From the IMG/VR virus record IMGVR_UViG_3300021963_000080, positions 1-64,000 of that record: DNA of 64,000 nucleotides; one strand, written 5' to 3'. The DNA comes from a virus. Numbering within the stretch: position 1 is the stretch's first letter; every line of letters starts with the position of its first letter. Positions 1 to 9,532 of the stretch are shown piece by piece. The notes below the pieces were generated by a model that was given only the letters and a program-made list of their open reading frames with translations, was not told the origin of the DNA and ran no database searches. The position numbers and the translations under genes were made by a program.

Positions 1-99
1 GAAGAAAATTCCGATACTATGGCCGTTTGGGATCTTGAAAAGAGTGCGTGGAGATCTTTCCGCCTAGATAGTGTATCAGCTATTCAATTTGATTTGTGA
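1..99 (+). CDS. 3' end of conserved T4-like SH3/Sm-like beta-barrel protein (partial)
   Basis: Frame 1 reads EENSDTMAVWDLEKSAWRSFRLDSVSAIQFDL*; the VWDLEK-x-x-WRSFR-x-DSV motif is typical of this T4-like family. Confidence 0.6.
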   Translation, partial: EENSDTMAVWDLEKSAWRSFRLDSVSAIQFDL

Positions 100-105
100 G
101 ATAAT

Positions 106-1068
106 ATGCCAATCGCGACAGATGAACTAAGTAAAAACGCAATGGGTGGTACTGAGATGATGAAGTACGGTTTGCAAGACCGTATCGATCCTCAACTACT
201 CGACCACTTCCACATTACCGCTAGCCGCTTCCGCGGAACTAGCCCTGGTAAGCTGGAACTATACTGGCTACACGACCTTCCTGGTGATCCAGAATCCCAA
301 CACCTCGCTAATGGTGGATGGAATAAGTTTGAGAAACTAATCTTTGTCTCTAACTGGCAATTCCAACAATACCAACAACACTATGGACTTCCTTGGTATA
401 AGGCAGTTGTATTGCAAAATGCAATCGAACCAATCTATACAAAAGATAAGTCTAAAGACAAAATCAAAATTATCTACAACACTACTCCACATCGTGGATT
501 GGAGATTCTCGTTCCTGTGTTTGATAAGTTGTGCGAACGATATGACAACATTGAACTAGACGTATTCTCTTCGTTTAAAGCGTATGGATGGGCTGACCGA
601 GATGAGCCATACAAAGACCTATTCAAATTCTGTGAAGAGCATCCTAAGATCAATTATCACGGTTATCAACCGAATGATGTTGTAAGGGCTGCATTAGCGG
701 AAGCACATATCCAAGCATATCCTTCTATTTGGCTAGAGACATCGTGCATGGCATTGATGGAAGCAATGAGTGCTGGTTGTTTGTGTATTCATCCTAACTA
801 CGGGGCATTATACGAGACAGCAGCAAACTGGACTTGGATGTACCAATGGACACAAGACAAACGTGATCATGCAGTTACATTGATCAACCACTTAGCAATG
901 GCTATTGAAAATTATTGGACGGATGCTGTACAAACACGACTCGCTGGACAAAAATCATATGCTGATGTATTTTACAGCTGGCAATACCGCACACACCAAT
1001 GGAATGCACTACTTAGTGGAATATTAGAAGACCATAATATTAAGTTACCTGAAAAAACTGTTGACTAA
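106..1068 (+). CDS. Glycosyltransferase, GT-B fold (GT4-like)
   Basis: MGGTE N-terminal motif, YNTTPHRGL, YPSIWLETSCMALMEAM (E-x7-E motif). Confidence 0.85.
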   Translation: MPIATDELSKNAMGGTEMMKYGLQDRIDPQLLDHFHITASRFRGTSPGKLELYWLHDLPGDPESQHLANGGWNKFEKLIFVSNWQFQQYQQHYGLPWYKAVVLQNAIEPIYTKDKSKDKIKIIYNTTPHRGLEILVPVFDKLCERYDNIELDVFSSFKAYGWADRDEPYKDLFKFCEEHPKINYHGYQPNDVVRAALAEAHIQAYPSIWLETSCMALMEAMSAGCLCIHPNYGALYETAANWTWMYQWTQDKRDHAVTLINHLAMAIENYWTDAVQTRLAGQKSYADVFYSWQYRTHQWNALLSGILEDHNIKLPEKTVD

Positions 1069-1089
1069 TTAGCGTAATTTAATTACAAT
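1061..1089 (+). promoter_or_regulatory. sigma70-type promoter upstream of rnh
   Basis: TTGACT-17 nt-TACAAT. Confidence 0.6.
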
Positions 1090-1095
1090 AACCGA

Positions 1096-1956
1096 ATGAT
1101 TATCATAGACATCAACCAAGTGATGATCGCCAATATTATGGCTCAGCTTGGTAATCACACTAATACTGTGATTGAAGAGGATATATTCAGACATATGGTG
1201 CTGAATAGCATTCGTTCGTTCCGTAAAAACTTTGCTGATTATGGTGAGATTATTATTGCCTGTGATGATAAAAAGTACTGGCGTAAGCAAGTATTTCCAT
1301 ACTATAAAGCTAACCGTAAAAAGGCACGAGAACAGTCGGAAATTGACTGGAATCAAATCTTTAATTGTCTAAATAAGATTAGGGATGAGTTGAAACAATA
1401 CTCACCATACAGGGTGTTGCAAGTCGAAGGTGCTGAAGCAGACGACATTATAGCAACACTATGTATTGAGTATGGAACCATCCTACAGTCAAGTGAAAGA
1501 ATATTAATCTTATCAGGTGATAAAGATTTTGTACAATTACAAGTGTATGGAAACGTTGAGCAGTATAACCCTGTTCTTAAAAAGCAAATTAAGAACGCTA
1601 ACCCTCACAAATACTTACGTGAGCACATTCTCAAAGGTGATAGAGGGGATGGCATTCCTAACATCATGTCATCCGATACATGCATCATCGAAGGTGAACG
1701 TCAAAAGCCTTTGCCAGCAAAGCGAATCGAGCATCTCACTAACATCGCCGATTTGTCTAAAGTACTCCCACAAGATCAACTGAACAACTTTAAACGAAAC
1801 GAGCGTTTAATTGACCTCCACATGATTCCTGAAGAACTAAAGAATTCTATTTTAGAGAAGTATCATAGCGAAGCTAATAAATCGAAAGACAAGTTGGCTG
1901 AGTATTTTAAGAAGTTCAAACTCAAAACCTTGACTGAAAATATTGGTGAATTTTAA
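1096..1956 (+). CDS. rnh: T4-like RNase H / 5'-3' exonuclease
   Basis: IIIDINQ, YWRK..FPYYKANR, EADDIIA, LSGDKDFVQL, KGDRGDGIPN motifs. Confidence 0.93.
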   Translation: MIIIDINQVMIANIMAQLGNHTNTVIEEDIFRHMVLNSIRSFRKNFADYGEIIIACDDKKYWRKQVFPYYKANRKKAREQSEIDWNQIFNCLNKIRDELKQYSPYRVLQVEGAEADDIIATLCIEYGTILQSSERILILSGDKDFVQLQVYGNVEQYNPVLKKQIKNANPHKYLREHILKGDRGDGIPNIMSSDTCIIEGERQKPLPAKRIEHLTNIADLSKVLPQDQLNNFKRNERLIDLHMIPEELKNSILEKYHSEANKSKDKLAEYFKKFKLKTLTENIGEF

Positions 1957-1957
1957 T

Positions 1958-2404
1958 ATGAGATTAGGTATATTTCAAATACTAGAGCAAGCATCAGCTC
2001 TCAAATCGACGGAAGATAAAATTAACTTTCTCCGTCAAAATCAAAACCCAGCGTTGCATACGATTCTGCGATATGCATATGACCCAACAATTGTATGGGA
2101 TCTTCCAGAAGGTGCTCCACCATTCAAGGAATGCCCATACCCTGCCCAAGAGCTACGCTTAATGTCGGAGGTACGTCGTTTGTATCTCTTTGTTAAGGGT
2201 GGCAATCCTAACCTTACTAAGTTGCGTAGAGAAGCTCTTTACATAGAACTATTAGAATCAATACATCCAAGTGATGCAGCGATCCTTGTTGCTATTAAGG
2301 ACAAGAAGATTCCATACAAAGGAATCACAGCTAAACTAGTTAAGGAAGCATTCCCAGGTCTTATCGCGGAGCAGAGTAACGATGAAGAGCGAACAACTTC
2401 ATAA
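1958..2404 (+). CDS. Conserved T4-like hypothetical protein following rnh
   Basis: LPEGAPPFK, RREALYIELLESIHPSDA, KLVKEAFPGLI motifs; ATG at 1958 just after the rnh stop. Confidence 0.7.
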   Translation: MRLGIFQILEQASALKSTEDKINFLRQNQNPALHTILRYAYDPTIVWDLPEGAPPFKECPYPAQELRLMSEVRRLYLFVKGGNPNLTKLRREALYIELLESIHPSDAAILVAIKDKKIPYKGITAKLVKEAFPGLIAEQSNDEERTTS

Positions 2405-2561
2405 AACGAAAAAAACACACAGATCTTTTAAAGACTTCGGAGACGATAGTCACCATTTGTCTAAGAAAGCAAAAACGCAGCAATTAGCGAAAGCTAACAA
2501 CGCCATAGATAAAGCTATAAGGCGTAAAGATTGGAAAGTCATCATGGATGACAATTATTAA
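2382..2561 (+). CDS. Small basic hypothetical protein (59 aa, not in ORF track)
   Basis: ATG 2382 to TAA 2561 (MKSEQLHKTKK...VIMDDNY); fills the gap between flanking genes. Confidence 0.55.
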   Translation: MKSEQLHKTKKTHRSFKDFGDDSHHLSKKAKTQQLAKANNAIDKAIRRKDWKVIMDDNY

Positions 2562-2575
2562 TAAGGAGACTTAAA

Positions 2576-2803
2576 ATGGAACTAATTGTAATTTTAGCAA
2601 TCGTAGCAGGAATTGGATTTCTTGTATACAAATCATTTTCACCAAAGGTAGCTGAAGTTCTAACACCGGAACCAACACCTGAGCCAGCCCCAGCACCAGT
2701 AGTCGAAGCCGCCAAGAAACCAGCTGCTAAGAAAACTGTTGCTAAGAAAGCTGCACCAGCAAAGACTACTACAGCACGTAAACCACGTACAACTAAGAAG
2801 TAA
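2576..2803 (+). CDS. Membrane-anchored protein with Pro/Ala/Lys-rich tail
   Basis: AAGGAG RBS; N-terminal TM helix followed by PEPTPEP and AAKK repeats. Confidence 0.75.
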   Translation: MELIVILAIVAGIGFLVYKSFSPKVAEVLTPEPTPEPAPAPVVEAAKKPAAKKTVAKKAAPAKTTTARKPRTTKK

Positions 2804-3100
2804 ATGCCAATCTATTGTTTCCGTGACACAAAGACTGATGAAGTATTTGATATTATGATGCGCATCAGCGAACTAGACAAGTATAAAGAAGCAAACCCCG
2901 ACCACATAAGAGTGATCGAGGCGCCTAACATTGTCTCAGGTGTGTCTATTACCGGAAAGTTGGATAGTGGATTCAAAGACGTATTATCTAAAATCTCTGA
3001 AGCACATCCAAGTTCTCCGTTAGCAGAAACTCACGGAAAGAGATCGATTAAGCAAGTGCAGACCGAGAGAGCAATCCGTAAATGGAGGAGCTCTGAATAA
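2804..3100 (+). CDS. FmdB-like (degenerate zinc ribbon) protein
   Basis: MPIYCFRDTKTDEVF start and GFKDVLSKI motif; usual position upstream of phoH. Confidence 0.6.
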   Translation: MPIYCFRDTKTDEVFDIMMRISELDKYKEANPDHIRVIEAPNIVSGVSITGKLDSGFKDVLSKISEAHPSSPLAETHGKRSIKQVQTERAIRKWRSSE

Positions 3101-3130
3101 CAACAACTAACCCAAATCGGTAGGAGAAAA

Positions 3131-3895
3131 ATGGCTAGCAAACGCTCAAGTGCATTGCACGTAGTAAACACATCAGACACACAACAAACTGAGCAACCAT
3201 CAAAACAACATTTGCCATTGAAAATAAAGTTGGACCACATGAAAACGTTTGGTCCGCTAACTGATAACCAAAAGAAGTTTTATGATGCATATAAGCGCGG
3301 CGACTATTTTATAGCGTTGCATGGTGTAGCAGGAACGGGAAAGAGCTTTATAGCACTTTATAAAGCACTAGAAGAGGTATTAGATAAGGGTAATCCTTTC
3401 GATAAAGTTATTATTGTTAGATCTGCTGTACAAGGCAGAGAAATTGGTCACCTTCCAGGCGACATAGAAGGTAAGTTAGAGATTTACAGACAGCCGTATA
3501 TGCAGATTTGCGATACATTGTTTGGTAGAAGAGATGCATATCAAAGATTAGAAGAGCAGCATCATATTGAATTCATATCGACCTCGTTTATTCGCGGTAT
3601 GACATTTGATGATGCTATTATTATTGTCGACGAGATGCAGAACATGACATATGAAGAAATTGATACAGTTATGACTCGTGTTGGTCATCGCTCAAAGATC
3701 ATATGGTGTGGGGATTATAGACAGTGTGATTTGAAAAAGAGAGATGATAAATCCGGTTTGCTCAAGTTTTTTGAAGTCGCTGCTTTAATGTCAGCGTTCA
3801 CGCGAATCGAGTTTACAACTAATGATATTGTTCGTAGTAGTTTAGTGAAAGATTATATCCTTGCAAAGATTCAACTCGAAGACTCAAAACCGTAA
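3131..3895 (+). CDS. phoH: PhoH-family ATPase
   Basis: GVAGTGKS Walker A, IGHLPG, FIRGMTF, IIVDEMQN, GDYRQCD. Confidence 0.93.
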   Translation: MASKRSSALHVVNTSDTQQTEQPSKQHLPLKIKLDHMKTFGPLTDNQKKFYDAYKRGDYFIALHGVAGTGKSFIALYKALEEVLDKGNPFDKVIIVRSAVQGREIGHLPGDIEGKLEIYRQPYMQICDTLFGRRDAYQRLEEQHHIEFISTSFIRGMTFDDAIIIVDEMQNMTYEEIDTVMTRVGHRSKIIWCGDYRQCDLKKRDDKSGLLKFFEVAALMSAFTRIEFTTNDIVRSSLVKDYILAKIQLEDSKP

Positions 3896-4625
3896 ATTGT
3901 TTGAGCGTCAAGATCTACCACAAATAGATCTTGAATCAACCACGATCGACGGGAAGCGCTACTACTGGACACCAGATGGCGCTCTCTATCCATCCGTAAC
4001 ATCTGTCCTTAGTAGTAACGAAGAAAAGAAAGCCGGACTTCAACGTTGGCGTAATAAGGTCGGTGAAGCAGAAGCAAATAGGATTTCTCGTAGAGCATCA
4101 GGTCGCGGAACTGAACTGCACAACATCTGTGAAGACTATCTGTTAAACAAAAACACATACCTCCAAAAGAGGATGCCTCTTAGTGTTGAGTTGTTCAAGA
4201 ACATCCAACCCGTTCTAGACGAACACGTTGATGTAATATATGGTAACGAACTAGCGTTATTCTCTCATACGCTAAAGACAGCCGGCCGTACAGATATGTT
4301 CTGTCGGTTCATGGGTGTCAATACAATTGTCGACTTTAAGTCAGCAACGACAAATAAGAGAGAAGATTGGATTGAGGACTACTTCTTACAATCAACAGCA
4401 TATGCAATTATGCTAGAAGAAGTGTACAAAGATCTCAGACCAATTGTAATTCCACAAATTGCTATCGTAATTGCTGTGGAAGAAGGAGAGAGCAAGTATC
4501 AGTTGTTCCTCAAACAAACTTCAGAGTACAGAGAAAAGGTCAAGTATACTTTTGGACAGTACGCTGAAAACAATCCCCTCCCCAAAGGTGTAAGGACAGA
4601 CGATCTGTTCGAAAAAGCACTTTAA
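3861..4625 (+). CDS. PD-(D/E)XK exonuclease (T4-like phage type)
   Basis: YPSVTSVL, RGTELHNICE, AGRTD, IVDFKS, YFLQSTAYA motifs. Confidence 0.85.
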   Translation: MQRFNSKTQNRKLFERQDLPQIDLESTTIDGKRYYWTPDGALYPSVTSVLSSNEEKKAGLQRWRNKVGEAEANRISRRASGRGTELHNICEDYLLNKNTYLQKRMPLSVELFKNIQPVLDEHVDVIYGNELALFSHTLKTAGRTDMFCRFMGVNTIVDFKSATTNKREDWIEDYFLQSTAYAIMLEEVYKDLRPIVIPQIAIVIAVEEGESKYQLFLKQTSEYREKVKYTFGQYAENNPLPKGVRTDDLFEKAL

Positions 4626-4645
4626 AATTAACTAGTTATAGCCTG

Positions 4646-4674
4646 TTGACATTTGCTCAAAGGTTGTGTAAAAT
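4646..4674 (+). promoter_or_regulatory. sigma70-type promoter
   Basis: TTGACA-17 nt-TAAAAT, then GAGGA RBS and ATG 4708. Confidence 0.75.
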
Positions 4675-4707
4675 AGACTCTACCTTATCTGATAGAGGAT
4701 TTACCGA

Positions 4708-5196
4708 ATGGTTAATATTCAAAGTGTGTTCAAGAAGTACGATATCAATCCGAATGGCTCCATCAACCGAGCAATCCAGAATGTTAGTTTGGCTATCTCT
4801 GAAGCACCCGATCCATTTGTCACGTCCAATCAGATTATTAGTGCGTTAGGTTGTAAGCCTATACGTGATAGTATCGATGCACAAATCATTGCAAAATGTC
4901 TAATTGAGCAAGCAATACTACAACGTGAGGAGTATATACCGGAGTTTGCCCTTACCAAGGCAAATGAGAAGCTCGCTAATATGAAGGTAAACCATCCCTA
5001 TTGTTTTGTTATGAAGGAGAGTACTGTGGAAGCAACTGCAACGTCTAAACGTGGTGGCGATAAGAAAGCCAAAGCCTTGGAGATTTTTGAGGCTAACCGT
5101 GATAAGAAGCCTAGCGATGTCGCTAAGCTGATTCAGATGGAACTTGGCATTACGTTTGCCAACGCTTATTACTACGTATCGCGCGTATTTAAGTAA
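4708..5196 (+). CDS. Hypothetical protein with putative C-terminal helix-turn-helix
   Basis: Own promoter and RBS; C-terminus resembles that of ORF 24467-24919. Confidence 0.65.
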   Translation: MVNIQSVFKKYDINPNGSINRAIQNVSLAISEAPDPFVTSNQIISALGCKPIRDSIDAQIIAKCLIEQAILQREEYIPEFALTKANEKLANMKVNHPYCFVMKESTVEATATSKRGGDKKAKALEIFEANRDKKPSDVAKLIQMELGITFANAYYYVSRVFK

Positions 5197-5225
5197 GCAT
5201 TTTCCTATGGCCCTTTTGTTAGGGG

Positions 5226-5428
5226 TTATAGGTCTGTTAATTGGAAAAATCCTGTGTCCACTTGGATAATGCACTGTCAATGACGTCCCTGGTTCGAAAC
5301 ACACGTAATACAGTTGTACTAAACGGAAAGCAAGGTTAGCATCGGCCGGTGTCCTTGTATAAAGTTTAGACGATAAAAGCAAACGGCAGTAGGGTGATTG
5401 CTGTCCATAACAATTAACAGACCTATAA
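5226..5428 (+). ncRNA. Candidate structured ncRNA closed by a perfect 18-bp inverted repeat
   Basis: TTATAGGTCTGTTAATTG (5226-5243) is the exact reverse complement of CAATTAACAGACCTATAA (5411-5428); internal nested stems with G.U pairs; no credible ORF. Confidence 0.6.
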
Positions 5429-5453
5429 TGTGTTAAATATTTAAAGGATCAAT

Positions 5454-5807
5454 ATGAGTATCATATATTTAAGTACACGTTCGAAAAAGACTCGCAAGCA
5501 AAAGCAGAAGCAGAAAGATGCTTGGGAGTTGTATAAAGAGAAGTATGGCCTTAATGAAAATAGAGGTCGTACTCAACAAATCGTTAAGACATGGGCCGAA
5601 CCAAAGCTAATGTCTCTACGACCTGGTGCGCTTGATCATAAACAACACAAATCATTGAACAGTGGTGCTGCTGTGGCAACGAAGACTGCGCGTCCAGTAT
5701 ATACCGGCGATCAGATGATTGGAATTGCAGCAATGCATAAGTCCAATCTCGTTCCTATCTTTAGTAGCGAATCTGCTCACGATGTTTCAAAAATGCGGAG
5801 AGGATAA
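5454..5807 (+). CDS. Conserved T4-like hypothetical protein
   Basis: YTGDQMIGIAAMHKSNLVPIF and SKMRRG C-terminal motifs; AAGGA RBS. Confidence 0.75.
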   Translation: MSIIYLSTRSKKTRKQKQKQKDAWELYKEKYGLNENRGRTQQIVKTWAEPKLMSLRPGALDHKQHKSLNSGAAVATKTARPVYTGDQMIGIAAMHKSNLVPIFSSESAHDVSKMRRG

Positions 5808-5808
5808 T

Positions 5809-6015
5809 ATGATTTTAGAAGTTCATGCTAAACCAAAAAGACATTTTGATGTCAGCTCGAGAAACGACTTGAAGATTGCAAAGAACTTTTTTCAAACTTG
5901 GTCGTGGGGTGGTAATGGGTGTCCGTTTGTTTTAGAACAACCCCATACATCTATTCCCGAGATGATGAGAGAAAAGATCATCAACAAGATGTTTAAAATT
6001 ACAATTGCAGAATAA
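5809..6015 (+). CDS. Hypothetical protein
   Basis: GAGGA RBS; WGGNGCPFVLE motif. Confidence 0.6.
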   Translation: MILEVHAKPKRHFDVSSRNDLKIAKNFFQTWSWGGNGCPFVLEQPHTSIPEMMREKIINKMFKITIAE

Positions 6016-6017
6016 AA

Positions 6018-6377
6018 ATGAAAGTAGCAATAAACAGATGTTTTGGTGGTTTTGGTTTATCGGATGAAGGGTTCGAAGAACTACTAAAGCGTAAGGGTAT
6101 TTTATTCGAGTTTGTGAAAAACGAATCGAGGTTCATGGGCAATACGTATTACCGGGCTGGCCATGTTGGAGAAGAAGAACACTATCTGTCTCCGGAGGAG
6201 TTCACCAAGGACCGTAATGATTATGATCTGATTACCGTATTGGAAGAGATGGGCAACAGAGCATGGGGCTTTGCGGCTGAGATTGCAATCATACATATAC
6301 CAGACGATGTTCAGTGGCATATTTCGGAGTATGATGGTCTGGAGCATGTCGCAGAAGATCATAGGATATGGCAATGA
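6018..6377 (+). CDS. Conserved phage hypothetical protein
   Basis: KVAINRCFGGFGLS start and WHISEYDGLEHV..HRIW end, common in large phages. Confidence 0.75.
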   Translation: MKVAINRCFGGFGLSDEGFEELLKRKGILFEFVKNESRFMGNTYYRAGHVGEEEHYLSPEEFTKDRNDYDLITVLEEMGNRAWGFAAEIAIIHIPDDVQWHISEYDGLEHVAEDHRIWQ

Positions 6378-6543
6378 AAGCATTAAGAGATCAATTGATT
6401 GATAGAATCGCTTCTATTGGCGGAGAAGAGCGAGAATTCTATGAGGATTACTCCGATTACGACCTTTTGGAAGATTATGAAAGCCTGCTAAGAGCGAACA
6501 TTGAAGAAGAGTTTGCAAATGAAAAAAAAGCGAGCGGTGATCA

Positions 6544-7704
6544 GTGTCAGATATAGTAAAGTATGTTAATAAAGCCCTTGCTAGTATTCTAAGTGAAGGA
6601 CGAATCCCTCGCCCCACTAGATCGTATAGAAGCCTTCGTCGTAGAAGACGATCAAAGCAATTTTTAAAATCATGGACGTGGCAGGAAGAACCGATGTCAT
6701 CTAACACAAACGAATTTTTTCTAGCATCATCAGATGTATCCGATCACATCACTACCAAACTTATGTTTGAACGTGTTGGCAAGAACACATTGATGGAAGA
6801 AGTAACTCTTCTTGCAACTAAACAACAATGGATGGAGTTCGTCAAGGATACATTCGGAGACGAAAAAAGCTATCAGATTACACACTACTCTTCAAGCGGT
6901 ATGCTTGTGATTGGTCGTGGAACAAAATCTTGGATGTCTTGCGAGCTTAACGCTAACGCTATCTCGATTAAAGTATATGGCACTCGCGAAGAGATTGATA
7001 CTTTCGTTGGATACTGTGCTGAAAAGTTTGAGATTGCAGAGTCTTATATTGAATGGATGTACTCATCAGATGGCTCCTCTGTAAACGTACCGTTACGTAC
7101 TGATAGAGTTCCGACGTCGGAGATGTATCCTTTCCTTGGAGAAGAGTCTATTGAAGACTACTACGATCGTTATCTAAACTCTGATGCTTCTATCTTACTG
7201 TTGATCGGACCACCCGGTACTGGTAAGACTACATTCATTCGTGGTTTGTTACAACACACCAAGTCAAGCGCAGTCGTTACATACGATGCTACAATTTTGG
7301 AAAAGGATTATGTATTCGCACAATTCATTGAAGGTGAAGCAAACGTAATGGTAATGGAAGATGCTGATACATTCTTGAAAGCTCGTAGTGATGGTAACTC
7401 CATGATGCATCGCTTCCTTAACGTAGGAGACGGACTTGTCACTACGAAGGGTAAGAAGTTGGTATTCTCTACTAACCTACCATCGATCCGTGATGTTGAT
7501 TCTGCATTAGTGAGACCTGGTCGTTGTTTTGATATCTTGCATTTTGATAACCTCACTAAGGATCAAGCTGTTACATTGGCGAAGAAAGTTAATATTGATC
7601 CCACTAAGCTGACAAAAGAAACTTATTCTATTGCTGAGATCTTCAATGGCGAAGTTCAACAACACACAAACAAAACAATCTCTAGAAAAGTCGGGTTTCT
7701 ATGA
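6544..7704 (+). CDS. AAA+ ATPase
   Basis: GPPGTGKT Walker A, VMEDAD Walker B, FSTN sensor 1, DSALVRPGRCFD arginine finger; true start may be ATG 6694. Confidence 0.9.
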   Translation: MSDIVKYVNKALASILSEGRIPRPTRSYRSLRRRRRSKQFLKSWTWQEEPMSSNTNEFFLASSDVSDHITTKLMFERVGKNTLMEEVTLLATKQQWMEFVKDTFGDEKSYQITHYSSSGMLVIGRGTKSWMSCELNANAISIKVYGTREEIDTFVGYCAEKFEIAESYIEWMYSSDGSSVNVPLRTDRVPTSEMYPFLGEESIEDYYDRYLNSDASILLLIGPPGTGKTTFIRGLLQHTKSSAVVTYDATILEKDYVFAQFIEGEANVMVMEDADTFLKARSDGNSMMHRFLNVGDGLVTTKGKKLVFSTNLPSIRDVDSALVRPGRCFDILHFDNLTKDQAVTLAKKVNIDPTKLTKETYSIAEIFNGEVQQHTNKTISRKVGFL

Positions 7705-7913
7705 GATGGATAAAGATCGCAGGATCCTTCATCATATTTGGTGGGGCATATATGCTTATGGTTTTTATCCTTGTTTTTACTTTAACCGCTGCTGTTGACT
7801 CTGACAACAGAGGTGGTGTATACTATAACTGTACATGGGCTGAGATTAGTCCTGACATGCCACCAAAGGTGAGAGAAGAATGCCGAAAATTAATCCGACG
7901 AAACACAACATGA
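7701..7913 (+). CDS. Small membrane protein
   Basis: N-terminal TM helix then YNCTWAEISPDMPPKVREECRK. Confidence 0.65.
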   Translation: MRWIKIAGSFIIFGGAYMLMVFILVFTLTAAVDSDNRGGVYYNCTWAEISPDMPPKVREECRKLIRRNTT

Positions 7914-8158
7914 CCGCTGAGCACGAGCTCCTGCAACTATTGCAAGAAGAGTGTGCTGAAGTAATTCAAGCCGCAAGTAAATGCATTCGGTTTGGAGAGA
8001 AAGATAACCACTTTCATTTGGAAAAGGAAATTGGGGATCTATTTTGTATTCTTGATATTATGCATCAGTTCGATATGTTCTCGCTGACTAAGGCTGAGAG
8101 CTATTATGAAGAAAAGTATCAAAAGCTAAAGAAGTATACTAACTTGGATTTGGAATGA
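7910..8158 (+). CDS. MazG-like NTP pyrophosphohydrolase
   Basis: LQEECAEVIQAASKCIRFG and LEKEIGDL motifs. Confidence 0.75.
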   Translation: MTAEHELLQLLQEECAEVIQAASKCIRFGEKDNHFHLEKEIGDLFCILDIMHQFDMFSLTKAESYYEEKYQKLKKYTNLDLE

Positions 8159-8291
8159 AAAGAATTGTAACTTATATCTGTTTGGTAATTGCATTGCCAA
8201 TTGTTATATTAGGTGCATTGTGGGTGTTTATAAAAGACGCTTTCAGAGCTGGCAAGCAAGTCGGTACCGCATTTCTTGATTATTTGGAGAC

Positions 8292-8792
8292 ATGATGTCA
8301 TTACTTAAAGTTACCCCATTAGAGAAGAAAAGTATCTCCTATAAAGTCGAGATGTATCGCGAAAACGATGATGGCACGACGAGCACATTTACTGTCGATG
8401 ATGGGTATCGTTGGGGTCAGGGGTGGCTAGATGAGTATGAAGACTCTATTCCCTATAAAGAAGATAATACAGTCCATTGCTCACCATCAACGGGATGGGG
8501 TAGTGACTTAGACGATCAATGTTCTTGTTGGTTCGAATTCAGTGATGATATTAGCGAAGAAGAACAGGAAGAGATCAAGAAGTGCTATCTAGAAGGCGAT
8601 GAGGATAACCGATGCGGAATGGGTTGGTTATTCGAAGGTGATCACAAGTGGCAAGTCGAAGAGGATTATATTGAAATCCTTGGTCCATACAGAGTAGATC
8701 GTTGTGATAGTGATGGCAACGTTATTGAAGAAAACATTGAATTGAAACCACGTCCTGATCCTTCAACTGTTTGGCCATTCTCTCCGAAATGA
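8292..8792 (+). CDS. Highly acidic hypothetical protein
   Basis: GGAG RBS; very D/E-rich 166-aa ORF. Confidence 0.7.
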   Translation: MMSLLKVTPLEKKSISYKVEMYRENDDGTTSTFTVDDGYRWGQGWLDEYEDSIPYKEDNTVHCSPSTGWGSDLDDQCSCWFEFSDDISEEEQEEIKKCYLEGDEDNRCGMGWLFEGDHKWQVEEDYIEILGPYRVDRCDSDGNVIEENIELKPRPDPSTVWPFSPK

Positions 8793-8977
8793 ACCCAATT
8801 ACATTCCTAACATCCAACGTATCAGACCTTTGGTTATGGACTTACAGCATCATTGCTGGTTGGGGTACGACTGTTACATTGTTAGTAGTAGCAATCGGTT
8901 ATCTGCTGATTAGAGTAATCAGACTAGAGCAGAAAATCAAAACGATTGATAATAGACTTGTAGCAGAAACGAGAGAC

Positions 8978-9529
8978 CTAAGTCTCCGTATCAACAAGCA
9001 AACGAATACGCTTGGCTGAATTGATATAGTCTTTAAACTCAGGACTTCTTCCCCATCTAAACCCTGCTGGTTTTTGTTCTTCGAAGCAACGTAACTCTTT
9101 CCCTGTCTCGGGATGGTGACACCAACGTTGTCCTTTTTTGATATTGGATTTGCCAAATCGGCTAGATGCGATCATAATCTTTGTAATTTGATTATGACGT
9201 CTTCCTTCGAAGTTTGATTTGCCTTTCATAGTCGCAGAGACTTTGGCATTTGATTCTAGTGGTCTAGGCTTACCAATCCTAGCTTCGATACATTTACGGC
9301 GAATCTCTTCCGTAAAATATTTCCATCCCCAACGTTTGAGTTCTTTGTAGTCTCTTACTACGTCTTGGGCTTTATAATCCTTCGCTAAACGCTCGATCAC
9401 CTTCTCGAGGTTATCATACTCAGCAACTGATTGGATAAGCTCGTATTGGCCGGGATACTTCTGTCTAAACTCTTTTTCTGTCGACTCAACGACGATCAGT
9501 CTCTTAGACTGAAGAAATATCCTGTACAT
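8978..9529 (-). CDS. NUMOD3-like DNA-binding module protein with no recognisable nuclease
   Basis: KVSATMKGKSNFEGRRH and W..PETGKE...P.GFRWGR motifs as in homing-endonuclease DNA-binding tails. Confidence 0.6.
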   Translation of the reverse strand: MYRIFLQSKRLIVVESTEKEFRQKYPGQYELIQSVAEYDNLEKVIERLAKDYKAQDVVRDYKELKRWGWKYFTEEIRRKCIEARIGKPRPLESNAKVSATMKGKSNFEGRRHNQITKIMIASSRFGKSNIKKGQRWCHHPETGKELRCFEEQKPAGFRWGRSPEFKDYINSAKRIRLLVDTET

Positions 9530-9532
9530 ACA

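Noticed and set aside
3861-4625. Cas4 / CRISPR-associated nuclease
   Set aside because: Lacks the Fe-S cysteine set and any cas or array context; it fits the common T4-like exonuclease next to phoH.
5253-5305. Hammerhead ribozyme (TGTGTC...GAAACACA)
   Set aside because: Stem III could form, but the core reads CTGTCAATGA rather than CUGANGA, and stems I and II do not form properly.
5226-5428. Retron msr-msd bounded by a1/a2 repeats
   Set aside because: No reverse transcriptase gene in the window; kept only as a generic structured RNA.
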